This document shows positions 11,711 through 23,232 of a stretch of DNA of 64,000 nt, in pieces. Both the position numbers and the translations under genes were made by a program. The stretch's first letter is position 1, and each line of letters opens with the position of its first letter. A model generated the notes under the pieces. It made no database searches. It was given only the letters and a program-made list of their open reading frames with translations, and was not told where the DNA came from. The DNA comes from Chrysemys picta bellii (lineage: Eukaryota): NCBI RefSeq assembly GCF_011386835.1, contig NC_088793.1:200384001-200448000 (forward strand). The letters are read 5' to 3'.

Positions 11711-12402
11711 TCACAAGTCTGAATAGATACGTTGTACAGCATTTTAAATATATAATCATGCTATATAACTGCTAAATATTATTGTCGTTCAATATCTTAT
11801 TTGTTTCTGAGATTTTGTAAGGCTATCCAGTACTTTATAGCTATCAGTAGGTCATTAAGATATGATCAGTGAGATTAAATTTCAAGCGTGAATTTTGCTT
11901 GAGGATAGTCTAGACTAAGCAGGAACAGGAGAGTCAAGTAACTCAAGCTCTGGGTAAGGCAGTTGACAATTTCACTTTTCACGTAGAAGTCCTTGTCTAC
12001 ACGGTGTCATAGGGAAAATGCTGGCTCTGGAAAACTGACACGCATCTGCTTTCAACCAAAAATAATGCTTGGATAACACAAATGGTGATAATATTTTATT
12101 TTTTATCCTAAATCTAGCAGTTGAATGGCTGCAAGTTTGACGGGTTTTCCAATTAAAGATTAGAACCTCCAGTGAAGAGTTAAATGCAGCTTCCCTCAAA
12201 AGGGTGGTTGACCAATCCAAAAATTATAGCATGCACGATGTGAGGCTAGAGCAGGATAATTTTATAATACCACTGAATTATCAGGCTACAATTTCTATCT
12301 GGGAGGAAAGTAATTAAACAAATCAATTGGCCGCTAAGGAAGCTGGATAGTTTAAAACTGCAGCCCAGACACTAGAATATTGTACAATTTGGCAAGCTCT
12401 CT

Positions 12403-13510
12403 TAGAATCATAGAACCATAGGGTTAGAAGAGACCACAAGGGTCATCTATTCTAACATCTGCCAAGATTCAGGATTTGTTTTGTCTCAGCAACTGACTAT
12501 CCAGCCTCCTGTTGAAAACCTCCAGTGAAGGAGCTTCCACAACCTCCCAAGGCGTCTGTTTCATTGCCCTACTGTTCTTACCGTTAGGAAGTTTTCCCTG
12601 AGATTTAATCTAAATCTGCTCTGCTGTAGTTTGAACCCATTGCCTCTTGTCCTGCCCTCTGTGACAAGAGAGAACAATTTTTCTCTATCTTGTTTACGGC
12701 AGTCTTTCGAGTATCTGAAGACTGGTATCATGTCCCCCCTTAATCTCCTCTTTTCCAAACTAAACATACCCAGTTCCTTCAGCCTTTGTTCTCGTGGCTT
12801 GCATTCCATCCCTTTGATCATCTTTGTCGCTCACCTCTGTATCCTTTCCAGTTTCTCTACATCCTTTCTATACATTAGTGACCAAAATTGGACACAGTAC
12901 TCCAGCTGAGGCTTAACCAGCACCAGTCGAGAGGTACTATCACCTGCCATGACCTGCACGCTATGCCTCTGTTAATGCAACCTAAAATTGCATTTTCTCT
13001 TTGTGCAACAGCTTTGCATTGCTGACTCATGTTGAGGTTGTGATCCACCACAAATCCCAGATCCTTCTCAGCAGTGCTGCTGCCACGCCAATTATCCGTC
13101 ATTCTATATTTGCGCATTTGGTTTTTCTTCCCTAAGTGTAGCACCTTACATTTACTTTTGTTAATTTCGTTTTGCTGTCTGTAGCCCAGTTCTTCAATTT
13201 ATCAAGATCCCTCTGAATTTTAGTTCTGTCCTCCGAAGTGTTTGCAACCCAATCCCAGCTTTGTGTCATCTGCAAATTTGATCAGTATGCTCTCTAGTCC
13301 TACATCCAGGCCATTCATAAAGATGTTCAATAACAAGGGACGTAGAACAGATCCCTGTGGAACCCCACTTGAGACCAACTTCAAATCTGACATCATTCCA
13401 TTAATAGCTACTCTTCGTTTGCGGTTGCTTAAACAATTATGTATCCATTTAATGTTAGTTCCGCTGAGCCCACATTTCTCCAGCTTACTTATCAGTATGT
13501 CATGTGGGAC
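12403..13510 (-). mobile_element. CR1 LINE, 5'-truncated, with 3' end
   Basis: Starts with TAGAATCATAGAA (reverse complement of the CR1 tail); minus ORFs carry SGVPQGSVL, KFADDTKL, LHLGKKN and [11 protein letters not shown]. Confidence 0.95.
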
Positions 13511-14356
13511 TCCTGAATAATCTGTAATATTATTAAAGAAGTAAACAAAAATTGACCATAGGAATGAAACAATTAATAATGAAATAGGATGCCACAGAGA
13601 GTTCTGATACTGTGAAATCAGCAAAACGATCAACCTACTTGTTGGATCCCCTGAAACACTCAAATCACTTTGCAATTATTGGTAAACTGGCCTTCTGGGT
13701 CACGTATCGCCAAATGAGAAAAATGTTCCTCACTCTCAGGTCACAGAAAATGGGCAGCAGGTTTACCATCTTTCCCAGTGCCTTACACCTCATTAGGCAT
13801 CTATCAGTTGAATTCATGCCCACTCTTGTTCATCAGGTACAATAATCGGTACATACTCTAGTTGATAGCCATTCTGTAAAGTATCTCATGAAACAAAAGC
13901 AAACTGTGTGCAAGTTCACAGGAAATAAAGCAGATGGTGGTACCTTCTCAGATGCAGGCAAGTCTTTAAAATGACTAATGTAGCAACGGTATATTGAGCA
14001 TTCCGCTAGAAAATGGGCAATTACTCTGGTTTTGCATACTGGAGGTTTTCTGCAGAACTAACTTCCCCAATCTAAACACAGCCAAAGTTGTTACTTTTAA
14101 ATAGCCTCTTAACAGCTATGTTGTTGACGATATTTTTAATAGATGGTATGGCGGACTAAAAAACAAGCAGCTATTTATATCAGTTACAAGGATGTATTCA
14201 AAGGTAGTTACTTACATTCTCTCTCATCTATGTTTGGAATTTAGGATCACAGAACTTTTATAGATCTCTGTTGCCAGTTTTTTCCCTCCAAAATACAAAT
14301 TAGACATCCACTTTGTAATGTGCAGTTCATTAGCTATCACAATGTTTTCAATTAAA

Positions 14357-14427
14357 GACCTGACTTGAAGCCCATTGAAATCAATGGGAGTCTTTCCACT
14401 GACTTTAATGGGCTTTGCATCCTGCCC
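14357..14427. repeat. Short palindromic element (GAAGTCAATGG family)
   Basis: About 70-bp imperfect hairpin; similar copies near 24857-24930, 46652-46720 and 49058-49128. Confidence 0.7.
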
Positions 14428-15317
14428 TACATGCATAAATCCATTTACCTTATGTTCTTATGTACGTGAAAAATGTTGTTTTGCTGAAAAAAATTATGTT
14501 GAAAATTTTTGATTTTCACTTGGGAAAATCAAAATAAAATATTTCATGTGCCGGGAACCCAACCCACGGTGAAGAATAAGGTATTGAAGCACCAGAACAA
14601 CACTGTCCATAAGGCACTGTGACAGCTTGGATGGGTGCAGTGTAATGTCAAACTGAACTGAAACTTTTCAATTCAGTTCAACAAACTGAAACAAAGCATT
14701 TAGATCCAGGAATGATTAAACATTTCATTTTGATCGAAAAATATCAAAACAAAGGTTTTGACATTTCCAAATAAAAAAAAGTCAGAACTTTCCATTCAGC
14801 AAAAAGTTTTAATATGTCTACATTTCTTCCAAATTTGAGATGAAAACAGGTGTCAAAATATCAGAATTTCCAACAGAATGGGAATTCTGATTTTCAACCA
14901 GCCCTAGTAAATAATAATAGTCATTTAGTTTCGTCATCGCTCATCTGCTACAACTGGGACAGCTATAAAGAATTTCAGAAAGTAACTCATAAAAATCTCA
15001 CCGTGTCCTTAATTAAACTGTTGCCCTATTAGTTTCCTTAGTTTTTTCCTTAAACTGGTTCCATTAAAAATCCTCAGGGTTCTCTTCTGAATTGAACAAT
15101 CTGAGTTTGTTCTTAAATCATCAGATTTCCAGTTTCACTTCCCTTAGAGGAATGTTAGTCTTGTTGATAATTAAAAACATTCCTCCCTTGCCTCCAACAA
15201 CGCAAAGTCAATGTGATTCCAATGAATTATTTCATTCATTGTCAATGTAACAGGAATGGATGTTCGCCCACTACAAGGGGATTCAACCTTTTTAGAGACA
15301 TTGGGACAGCGTTCTAA

Positions 15318-15602
15318 GGCCTGGGCTACACTAGCAGGAGGGTTTGAACTAAGATATTCAACTTCAGCTACGCTACTCGCGTAGCTGAAGTCGAAGTATC
15401 TTAGTTCAACTTACCTGGCTGTCCTCATGGCAGCGAGTCGACCGCCGCAGCTCCCCCATCGACTCCGCTTACTCCTCCTGCCGAGGTGGAGTACGGGCGT
15501 CGATTCGGGGATCCATTTATTGTGTCTAGACGAGACGCGATAAATGGATCCCCAATATATCGAACAGTACCCGCCGATCAGGTGGGTAGTATAGACGTAC
15601 CC
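15318..15602. mobile_element. PIF/Harbinger-type MITE
   Basis: Degenerate ...CTACACTA / TAGTATAGACGTACCC TIRs; TAA TSD at 15315-15317 and 15603-15605; internal hairpin AACTTCAGCTACG...CGTAGCTGAAGT. Confidence 0.9.
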
Positions 15603-16419
15603 TAATTTACACTCTGATAAAAAGAGTTGAAATGGCCAGAGGTCTGGTTTCTATCATGGCAGTTTAAATCCAGAGCAAACCCAATTCAGCCAATGGTGTT
15701 ACTCTGGATTTAGACCATTATAACTGAGAACAGAATCTGGCTGAGTCTAACGAGAGACCAAGTTGGTGGAAGTTAGAGAGTGGAACTGGAGCAGAGAGAG
15801 TGAGGAATGATGTACAGAGACAGAAGCCGGGAGAAGCTAGGAGGTGGGTGAGAGGGACCCTCCTCCCTTTCCTGTAGTGGACAGTAAAAGGGAAGGAGAG
15901 ATTAAAGAGAGGGCATGGCAAATGGCGAACACAGGGAATGTGGGAATGGCAAATGACACTTGTTAGGAGAGGACCACCACACCCCTCAACTCTACTGTGC
16001 CATCCTGCACTGGAAATAATACCATTTTAAGTTCCAATGTCTTAGATGTAAAAACAGCTTTTGTGACTCATGACAGCAGCCTCAATGCTGAAATTTTGTG
16101 CACAATGATTGAGTGCATCTCTGGAACAAGGTGCTTATTACCAGAGGACTGGCCACGTAGGATCAGCTGTAACCTCAACATCTGCTTATTTTTTTTTTTG
16201 AACATTGCTTTGTTCAGTCCTTATAAATTGAACGCATTTTGGTTGCCAGTAGATGGATAGGAAGCAAACTTTTGCAAAGTGTCTCAAACCAGTAGTATCT
16301 CAGCTAGTACCTGCAATGTTATTGAAACCAAAAACTGTTAATATAGTTTTAGAAAATGCTCAAAGAATTTTTTTTTAACTTTTACAACTTTTTATTCTAC
16401 AGAAAATTGCTACCTGTAC

Positions 16420-16460
16420 CTTCTTTTCGCTTCATAATGCTTAGACTGTCGCTTTCCGAG
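16420..16460 (-). CDS. Candidate small internal exon of an unidentified gene
   Basis: Acceptor ctcatttattttctag; donor AAG|gtacag (alternative CAG|gtagca at 16414); 3 CpGs in 41 nt; two frames open (LGKRQSKHYEAKR or SESDSLSIMKRKE). Confidence 0.4.
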
Positions 16461-17501
16461 CTAGAAAATAAATGAGTTTCTTTGCTTGCAGCCAAGAATT
16501 AAGTGAGCAGCATGTTCTGGCTCAAATAGATGAGTGAAGAGAATGTCCTTTCCCTCCCGTCAATAACCGTTGTCAACTTACTAAGGACCAAAAGATTCAA
16601 AGAGAATAAAATAGGTCTGTCATGCACAAAGTTGCATTAAAATACCATATAAAGCTATATGGTAATATAGCTAAATACAAAGGTATTTGTAAAGGTTTTT
16701 GCCCCTCTCGCTAGAACACCTTAGTTTTTCTTAAAACTACTATGTGTGCCACTGAATGGATCCACATGCTACAGAATTCAGTCATCAGTACTTTCTATTC
16801 CAGCCTATGACCATATAGTGGAAGGTTGCTATGAGTGCAGTAAGCCCTTTGTTTACTCCAGAAGCAACTAGCCTGCCAGCAATCAGCAACTGTGAACTTC
16901 TGTCAGCATAACAGAGGCTTTTCTATACTTGCTACTAAATTGCACAGAACAAAACTCATAGCACGTAAGTAGTGCAGAGAATCAGACAGGGTCACATAGG
17001 ACAAAGGGATAGACAAGCTCATGCTTTAATTTACTGAGTCATGCGGGCCATCTCCTGGAGTTTGTTCTGTATACCTCTCAACCCTACATCTCTAGGCCTT
17101 CCTGTGGCTGAAAGTGCTACCAGCTTATGTGGTGCCCATCACTGTAGTATCTGCATGCCTCCCAAGTAATTAGTTTTGTAATTATTTGTATTTTTTAAAG
17201 CTGTCTCTCTCCTTTCCATACCTGTAGGAGGATGTTGTTGGGTTTTTATTTTAATAAGTGAGTTTAAGAGGCTGTGCTAAGTAGGAAAAATGCAGGGGGG
17301 AGTTACTTGGTTCTGAATGCTATGAGGCCAGTGATCAATTTGATCTCTTGTGAGAATGGTCTGTCTCCATTTCATCTAGATGTTGCATAGGACCGGGGAA
17401 AGGACGGAGTCTTACGGGACACCGAGTAAGGGGACCATACTGACCACTATTAGTTCAGTGGGGAGGACTGTGGGCGGGGAGGTTAGTCTAGTGGAAACCT
17501 A

Positions 17502-17590
17502 GGGCCAGATTTTCAAAAGAGTTCAGCATGTTAGCCACAAGCATCCCAATGGGAGCTGCTGAGCACTGAACTCTTCTGAAAACCTGGCCC
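17502..17590. repeat. GGGCCAGATTTTCAAAAG hairpin MITE
   Basis: Termini GGGCCAGATTTTCA / TGAAAACCTGGCCC with palindromic interior. Confidence 0.75.
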
Positions 17591-18113
17591 TCCAGTCTAT
17601 GGATGGGCCCAAAGAAACACCTTGGAGGTGAACAATCTAGGTGTTTACATGTGGATCAACATTTTGTGGCTTAGTCCCTTGTGCACTGCTAATTGCAGCA
17701 GATTAGTGACCGTGTAGACAGAGAAGCCTGAAACCATTGGTCTAAAAGGATCTGAACCTCCAAAGAGCTGCAAATCTCAACAATAGTATTATTAATAATA
17801 ATACCTAGATGCTGAATGCAATCAACTCCTTCTTAAATCCGTGTGAACCAAGGGCACTAAACACCTTGCAAAAGGTGCACAGGATCAGTCCTTTCCCTTC
17901 TGTGAGTTCTTCCCCCATTTTTTAATAAGAATATTATTTTTTCTAAAAGAGCAACATTAAAAATCTCCAAAAACTTATTTCTAAAGTTTTGTGCTCCAGT
18001 GTGTAGAAAAAGAATGAAAAGTGGCAGGGCTTTAATGCATTGAGATCTTCTGCCTAAGTGAGCGCCACACAGTTTAAGTGCAGTCAAACTGTTTTATGAC
18101 AAACAATTCTTAC

Positions 18114-18271
18114 CAACTGCTGAATTAAGCCATTACATTCCCTCTCTTGGACATTTATAGGGCGCCTATTCCTATGCAATGATACTGAATGGCAAGCACT
18201 GTTTTTGAGATTTGTCATATTACAGACGCTTTTAAACTGCTGGGTAAATAAAGCAACAGTGGGGAACATGT
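18114..18271 (-). CDS. Candidate exon (weak)
   Basis: Acceptor aaattgtcag; donor TTG|gtaaga; one frame open for 52 codons (MFPTVALFTQQF...NGLIQQL). Confidence 0.25.
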
Positions 18272-18564
18272 CTGACAATTTTAAATTATAAGAGAACCAT
18301 ACACAATATGGATAAGTGCACAAAAATGAAAAGTTAGGCTTTCTACACGCATAATGTTCATAGCAGGTCTGATGAGATGATATTGGTGCATCATACAGAT
18401 GGCTGAAAGTGCTGGCTCTGCAGCACATAGACTACTTCAGTGGAAAGGTCAGCCACCGTGGAGAACAACAAGACAAAGGGAGGAGTTTGTGTAGAAATAT
18501 CTGTGTCTATGATGTCTCATTATGGATATCCCACTGCCAACTCAACCTGAAATGTGCAATAGCT

Positions 18565-19097
18565 CAGTGGTTCTCACCCAGGGGTACAAGGAGCCATGGG
18601 GGTACTCAGAGGTCTTCCAGAAGGGACATCAAGTCCTCTAGCTTGTGTTTCTCAACCTGTGGGTTGCAGCCCCTAGAGGGGTCGAAGGACAGGTTGGCGG
18701 GGGGGGGGGGGGAATCACAAGTGCAGGGCCAGTATTAGGGCGTGTCAAGCAATTGCCCAGGGTTGCCTACCACAGGGGGCCCAGTGAAGCTAAGTTACAT
18801 GCGTCAGCCCCACTGCCTGGCTTTGGGCTTCAGACAAGGCTCACGGGGGAAAAAGAGGCTCAAGGATCACACTGAAATATAAGCACAATATTCATATTCC
18901 AACCAATTTATTTTATAATTGTATGGCAAAAAGGAGAAAGTCAGTGCTTTTTCAGTAATAGTGTGCTGTGGCACTTTTGTATTTTTATGTCTGATTTTGG
19001 AAGCAAATAGTTTTTAAGTGAGGTGAAACTTGGGGTACGCAACCCAAATCAGCCTCGTGAAAGGGGTACACTAGTCTGGAAAGGTTGAGAGCCACTG
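18565..19097. mobile_element. hAT (Charlie-like) MITE, 533 bp, composite
   Basis: TIRs CAGTGGTTCTCA / TGAGAGCCACTG; perfect 8-bp TSD CAATAGCT at 18557-18564 and 19098-19105. Confidence 0.93.
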
Positions 19098-19999
19098 CAA
19101 TAGCTGACTTGGGCTTTCCTTCATCACTCACTCACTGACTAGTCCAAAACTATGGCTTTTGCCAGTTTTGACTTTCCTCTTCCCTCCCTACCCCACCCCG
19201 CCCGCCCACCCCAACATCCAGTCCCAGTGGTTTTCTTTCCTTTACATCATCTCCAATACCACTCCTTTCCTTTAGCTAAAGCAATTGTCTTGCCTTGATT
19301 ACTGCAAATCCTCCGCCTTCCGGCCATGTGTTTGAATCCCTCTCCTGCCTCTCAGTTGCTGAATTAAATTTACCCTCCTTTTCCTCCTGGGCAAGTGCCT
19401 GTACAACTGCTCCAGTCTACAGCTGAACTCCCATTTCTTCCTATGCCCCCGTTTTCTCTTAACTATGCCCCTTTAAATCTTTCTCTCTATTTCATATCTG
19501 TGCCTTCTGCCAAGGTTCCCTTATACTGGACCTCCTCCTCCTTCAGCCCGTCCTCAAAACCGTTTTCTCCCATTATGCCCAGAGGTCTTAATCTATCTCC
19601 AGAAAAGAAGTTATCTGTTTACTGGAAATGGTTGCAAAATATTAAGCAGTTTGCCTGAATTAAAAAAAAAACTGGAAAAAATAACATTTAAAAAAAAAAA
19701 TTTTTTTAAGTATTTCATAGAAAACTGACATTTTTCAATTTGGAGGGTTTGTTTTTTTCCCCCTTTTTCTTTTATTCCCCTCTCCTTTCTTCCAGTTTGC
19801 CTCTGGAAAAGGAGGGAAAAGGAGAAAAGGAAATGGAGGGAGGGAGCGAGAGAAAAGAGGAAACAAACCACAAATGAAAAAATATCAATAGAAATTCAAT
19901 TTATTTGTGAACATTTTCATTCTTTAAAAAGGCAATTTTTGGTTGAAAATATTTTTCAATGACTAGTTTTTGACCAGTTCTATTATACGGACTAAAAAG

Positions 20000-21420
20000 G
20001 ATTGCTTTTTGGAGCAGCTAGTCCTGGAACCCACACATGATATTCTATGAATTCTTGATTTAGCCTTAAGTGGAGAACAGGATCTGGTCCAAGAAGTGAA
20101 TACAGCTGAACTGCTTGGTAATTGCGACCATAATGTAACTGAATATAACATCTTTGTGTGAGGGAAAATACGAGAGGAAACCCACCACAGAAGCATTTGA
20201 CTTCAGAAAGTGAAACTGCACAAAAATGAGGAATCTAATTAAACAGAACTTAAAAGGTAGCGTCACAAGAGTGAAACTTCTGCAAGTTGCATGAGAACTT
20301 TTTAAAAACACCAAATAGAGGGTCAAATTAAATGTATACCCCACATTAAAAAGAATAGTAAGAGGGCCATAAAAGTGACACCATGGCTAAAAAACACAGT
20401 AAAAGAAGTGATTAGAAGCAAAAAGGCTTCATTTAAAAATTGGAAGGCAAATCCTGAGGAAAATAGAGAGCATAAACTCTGGCAAGTCATGTGTAAAAAT
20501 ATTTAAGCAAGCCAAAGAAATTGAAGAGCAACTAGCAAAACACACAAAAACTAAGTACATCAAAAGCAGTCAGCCTGCCAAACAATCAGTGGGGCCACTG
20601 GATGACCGAGGTGCTAAAGGAGCACTCAAGGAAGATAGGGACATTGCATAGAAGCTAAATGAATTCTTCACTGCAGATTACGTGAGGGAGATTCCCACAC
20701 TTGAGCCTTTCTTTTTAGGTGGCATTTAGGGAACCATTGGGAAGAGGATAGATATAAGACAAAAATATAATGCCACTATATAATTCCATGGCATGCCCAC
20801 ACCTTGAATACCACATGAAGTTCTGGTTGCGCCATCTCAAAAAAGATATATTAGAATTGGAAAAGGTACAGAGAAAGGCAACAAAAGTGATTAAGGGTAT
20901 GGAACAGCTTCCGTATGAGGAGATATTAAAAAGACTGGGATTTTTTATGCTGGAAAAGAGACAGCTAAGAGGGGATATGATAGAGGTCTATAAAATCATG
21001 CCTGGCATGGAGAAAATAAGTGTTATTAACTCCTTCACATATCACAAGAACCAGGGGTCACCCAATGAAATTAATAGGCAGCAGGTTTAAAACAAAAGAA
21101 AGTACTTCTTTACACAATGCAGAGGCGATGTTGTGAAGGCCAAAACTATAATGGGGTTCCAAAAAGAACTAGATAAGTTCATGGAGGATAGGTCCATCAA
21201 TGGCTATTAGCCAAGATGGTCACAGAGGCAACCCCATTCTCTGGGTGTCCCTACCTTCTGATTGCCAGAAGCTGGAAGTGGACGACAGGGAATGGTTCAC
21301 TCAATGATTGCCTGTTTTTTCATTCCCTCAGAAGCACCCAGCATTGGCCACTGTTGGAAGACAGGATACTGGGCTAGATGGACCATTGGTCTGAGCCAGT
21401 ATGGCTACTGTTCTTATGAA
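20000..21420 (+). mobile_element. CR1 LINE with large internal deletion
   Basis: Endonuclease-adjacent ORF2 sequence joined near 20725 to the C-terminus (ORF 20770..21090: CPHLEY...LELEKVQRKATK...EKRQLRGDMIEVYKI); TGTTCTTATG-type 3' end. Confidence 0.92.
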
Positions 21421-21949
21421 ACAACCACCCAAACACTGCTGGATGATGATTTTGGGGTTCTGTGTCTGCATGGCTGATTGTCTATTTACATTTAAGCAAT
21501 TGAGGAAGGGACCAGGTCTTGTCATTCAGCCAGTGCTTCCTACACTATCAGCGCTGACAAATGAGGAGGACTCCCAGTTCTTGATCCATCGCCCCTAATC
21601 TCTGTGGTTCCTCACTATTGCAATCTTACAGCCTGCATGAGTTGCTCCAGCAATATTAAAATAATCATTACTGAGGAGGGACATGTCACTGCAATCACGG
21701 TTGTGTTATTGGCGGTGTCTATTGATACCTATTGGATAGTTCTAAGAAACATCTCTCCTGAGAGGATGGCAACCATTGGTGGTGGGTATCAAAGGCAGGC
21801 GAAAGCTAAGCCTACTCAAATTGCCTGCGTGGCCCTGTCCAAACTCCACCCCCCAGGCCCTCTCCTGCTTCCTGCCATGCTCTGCTGTGACTCCTCCTTC
21901 CCATATTGCCGGGGTCCCTTCCTGCCCCTTCCCATCCTCTTCCCCCCCG

Positions 21950-22209
21950 AGACCCTGGTCAGGCCAGGCCAGCCTGGAGCCCTTTGTTGCCATTGAACGG
22001 CTAGCTGTGGGCATCTCCCAGACTCACAACATATTTCAGTAACATCCCTACAGAAAAACTTTCTAACGTCACATACAATGGCAATACATATAATTCAACA
22101 GATTGGTAATGTTCAACAGATCATGACTTTTCAAATTACACCTCGTAAGGCATACTTAATACAAAACATATGTGGGTATGGGGTGTTATTTTGAGGTACA
22201 ATGTGTCAC
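21950..22209 (-). mobile_element. LTR 5' fragment
   Basis: Reverse complement begins TGTGACACATTGTACCTC and shares AGTATGCCTT...TTTGAAAA with the LTR at 36512. Confidence 0.7.
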
Positions 22210-23046
22210 ACGTGCCTCCAAAAGACAATCGTCAGCCAGGGTCAGCCCAATAGTTGGGTTTGTGGTCCCTTTAAAATTCTTTAGTTAGTTACATTCAGTC
22301 GGCAAGGGGTCACCTTAGTAACTTTGTCCTGTAGTTGGCCTTACACCCTGTAAAAACATCAATTAATTTTTATTTGCCAATACTGCGTCTGGTAAGACAT
22401 TTGTATTGTTGGCCCAATTACAATAAAAAGTATTAAAGTAAAAAGATTGGTTCTTCTCACAGATATAAACTAGGGTTTTATTTTATTTAAATGTGTTCAA
22501 ATACAATAAAAACTTGCCATTTTATTCTCAAAAATTAGGGGAAAGACCTGTCTTTGTTACAAGTAGCAATGCAGTCAAAAAGACTCACCAGAAAAGGGTC
22601 TGATGAGATTCACAGCCTACATATCTGCCTTATCATTGTTCCACCATTGTACAGCAACATGAAGAGTGGGCAGCCATTAATGGCTTACCTTTATTACCTA
22701 ATTAGACAAGGTTGACAGGATAAAGAGTATCAAAGTACTGCTGTGTCAGAATTGGACATTTTAATTAAGCAGATATCATTCTCTTCAAGAGAGACTTCTT
22801 CCCAACTGCAAGTACTTAAAAAGAAAGGAAAAAAAAAAAAAAAAAAAAACCTACTGTCAAGTACTCCACCACAGATTACATTGTGTTTTTTCACACACCA
22901 TTATTTGTAACAGCTCCTTAGAACCTCAGAAATAAATGCTAGTTGTAAATCCCTTTTTATCTGGCAAAAATTGCACCACCACCCCGCCTCATTCTTAAGG
23001 AGTGCTCACGAAGGCCTTATTTACACACGCAAGTCGGATGGCTTAC

Positions 23047-23232
23047 CTGTATTTGTATAAGTTGTGTACAAGGATGCTTTTATAGTTAAAGCAGTACAAG
23101 ACACCCATTTTCTCCCCACCCTCCCAACAATGGAATCAATGTGCTTATACAGGTATAGCTTATTCTCATATAAGAAAGGGAATAAGTCATACTGGTATAA
23201 CTGGATCCTCACTAGGGGTTGTACTGACATAC
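23047..23232 (-). CDS. Candidate symmetric phase-1 exon (186 nt)
   Basis: Donor CAG|gtaagc; acceptor ttttaccaatatag; one open frame (GMSVQPLVRIQLYQYDLFPF...TYTNT). Confidence 0.3.

Noticed and set aside
12561-13675. ORFs of 86-151 aa
   Set aside because: Broken CR1 ORF2 fragments and their antisense frames, not host genes.
18366-18412. CTGATGAG...GAAA hammerhead-like motif
   Set aside because: GAAA does not follow stem II directly, and stems I and III do not form.
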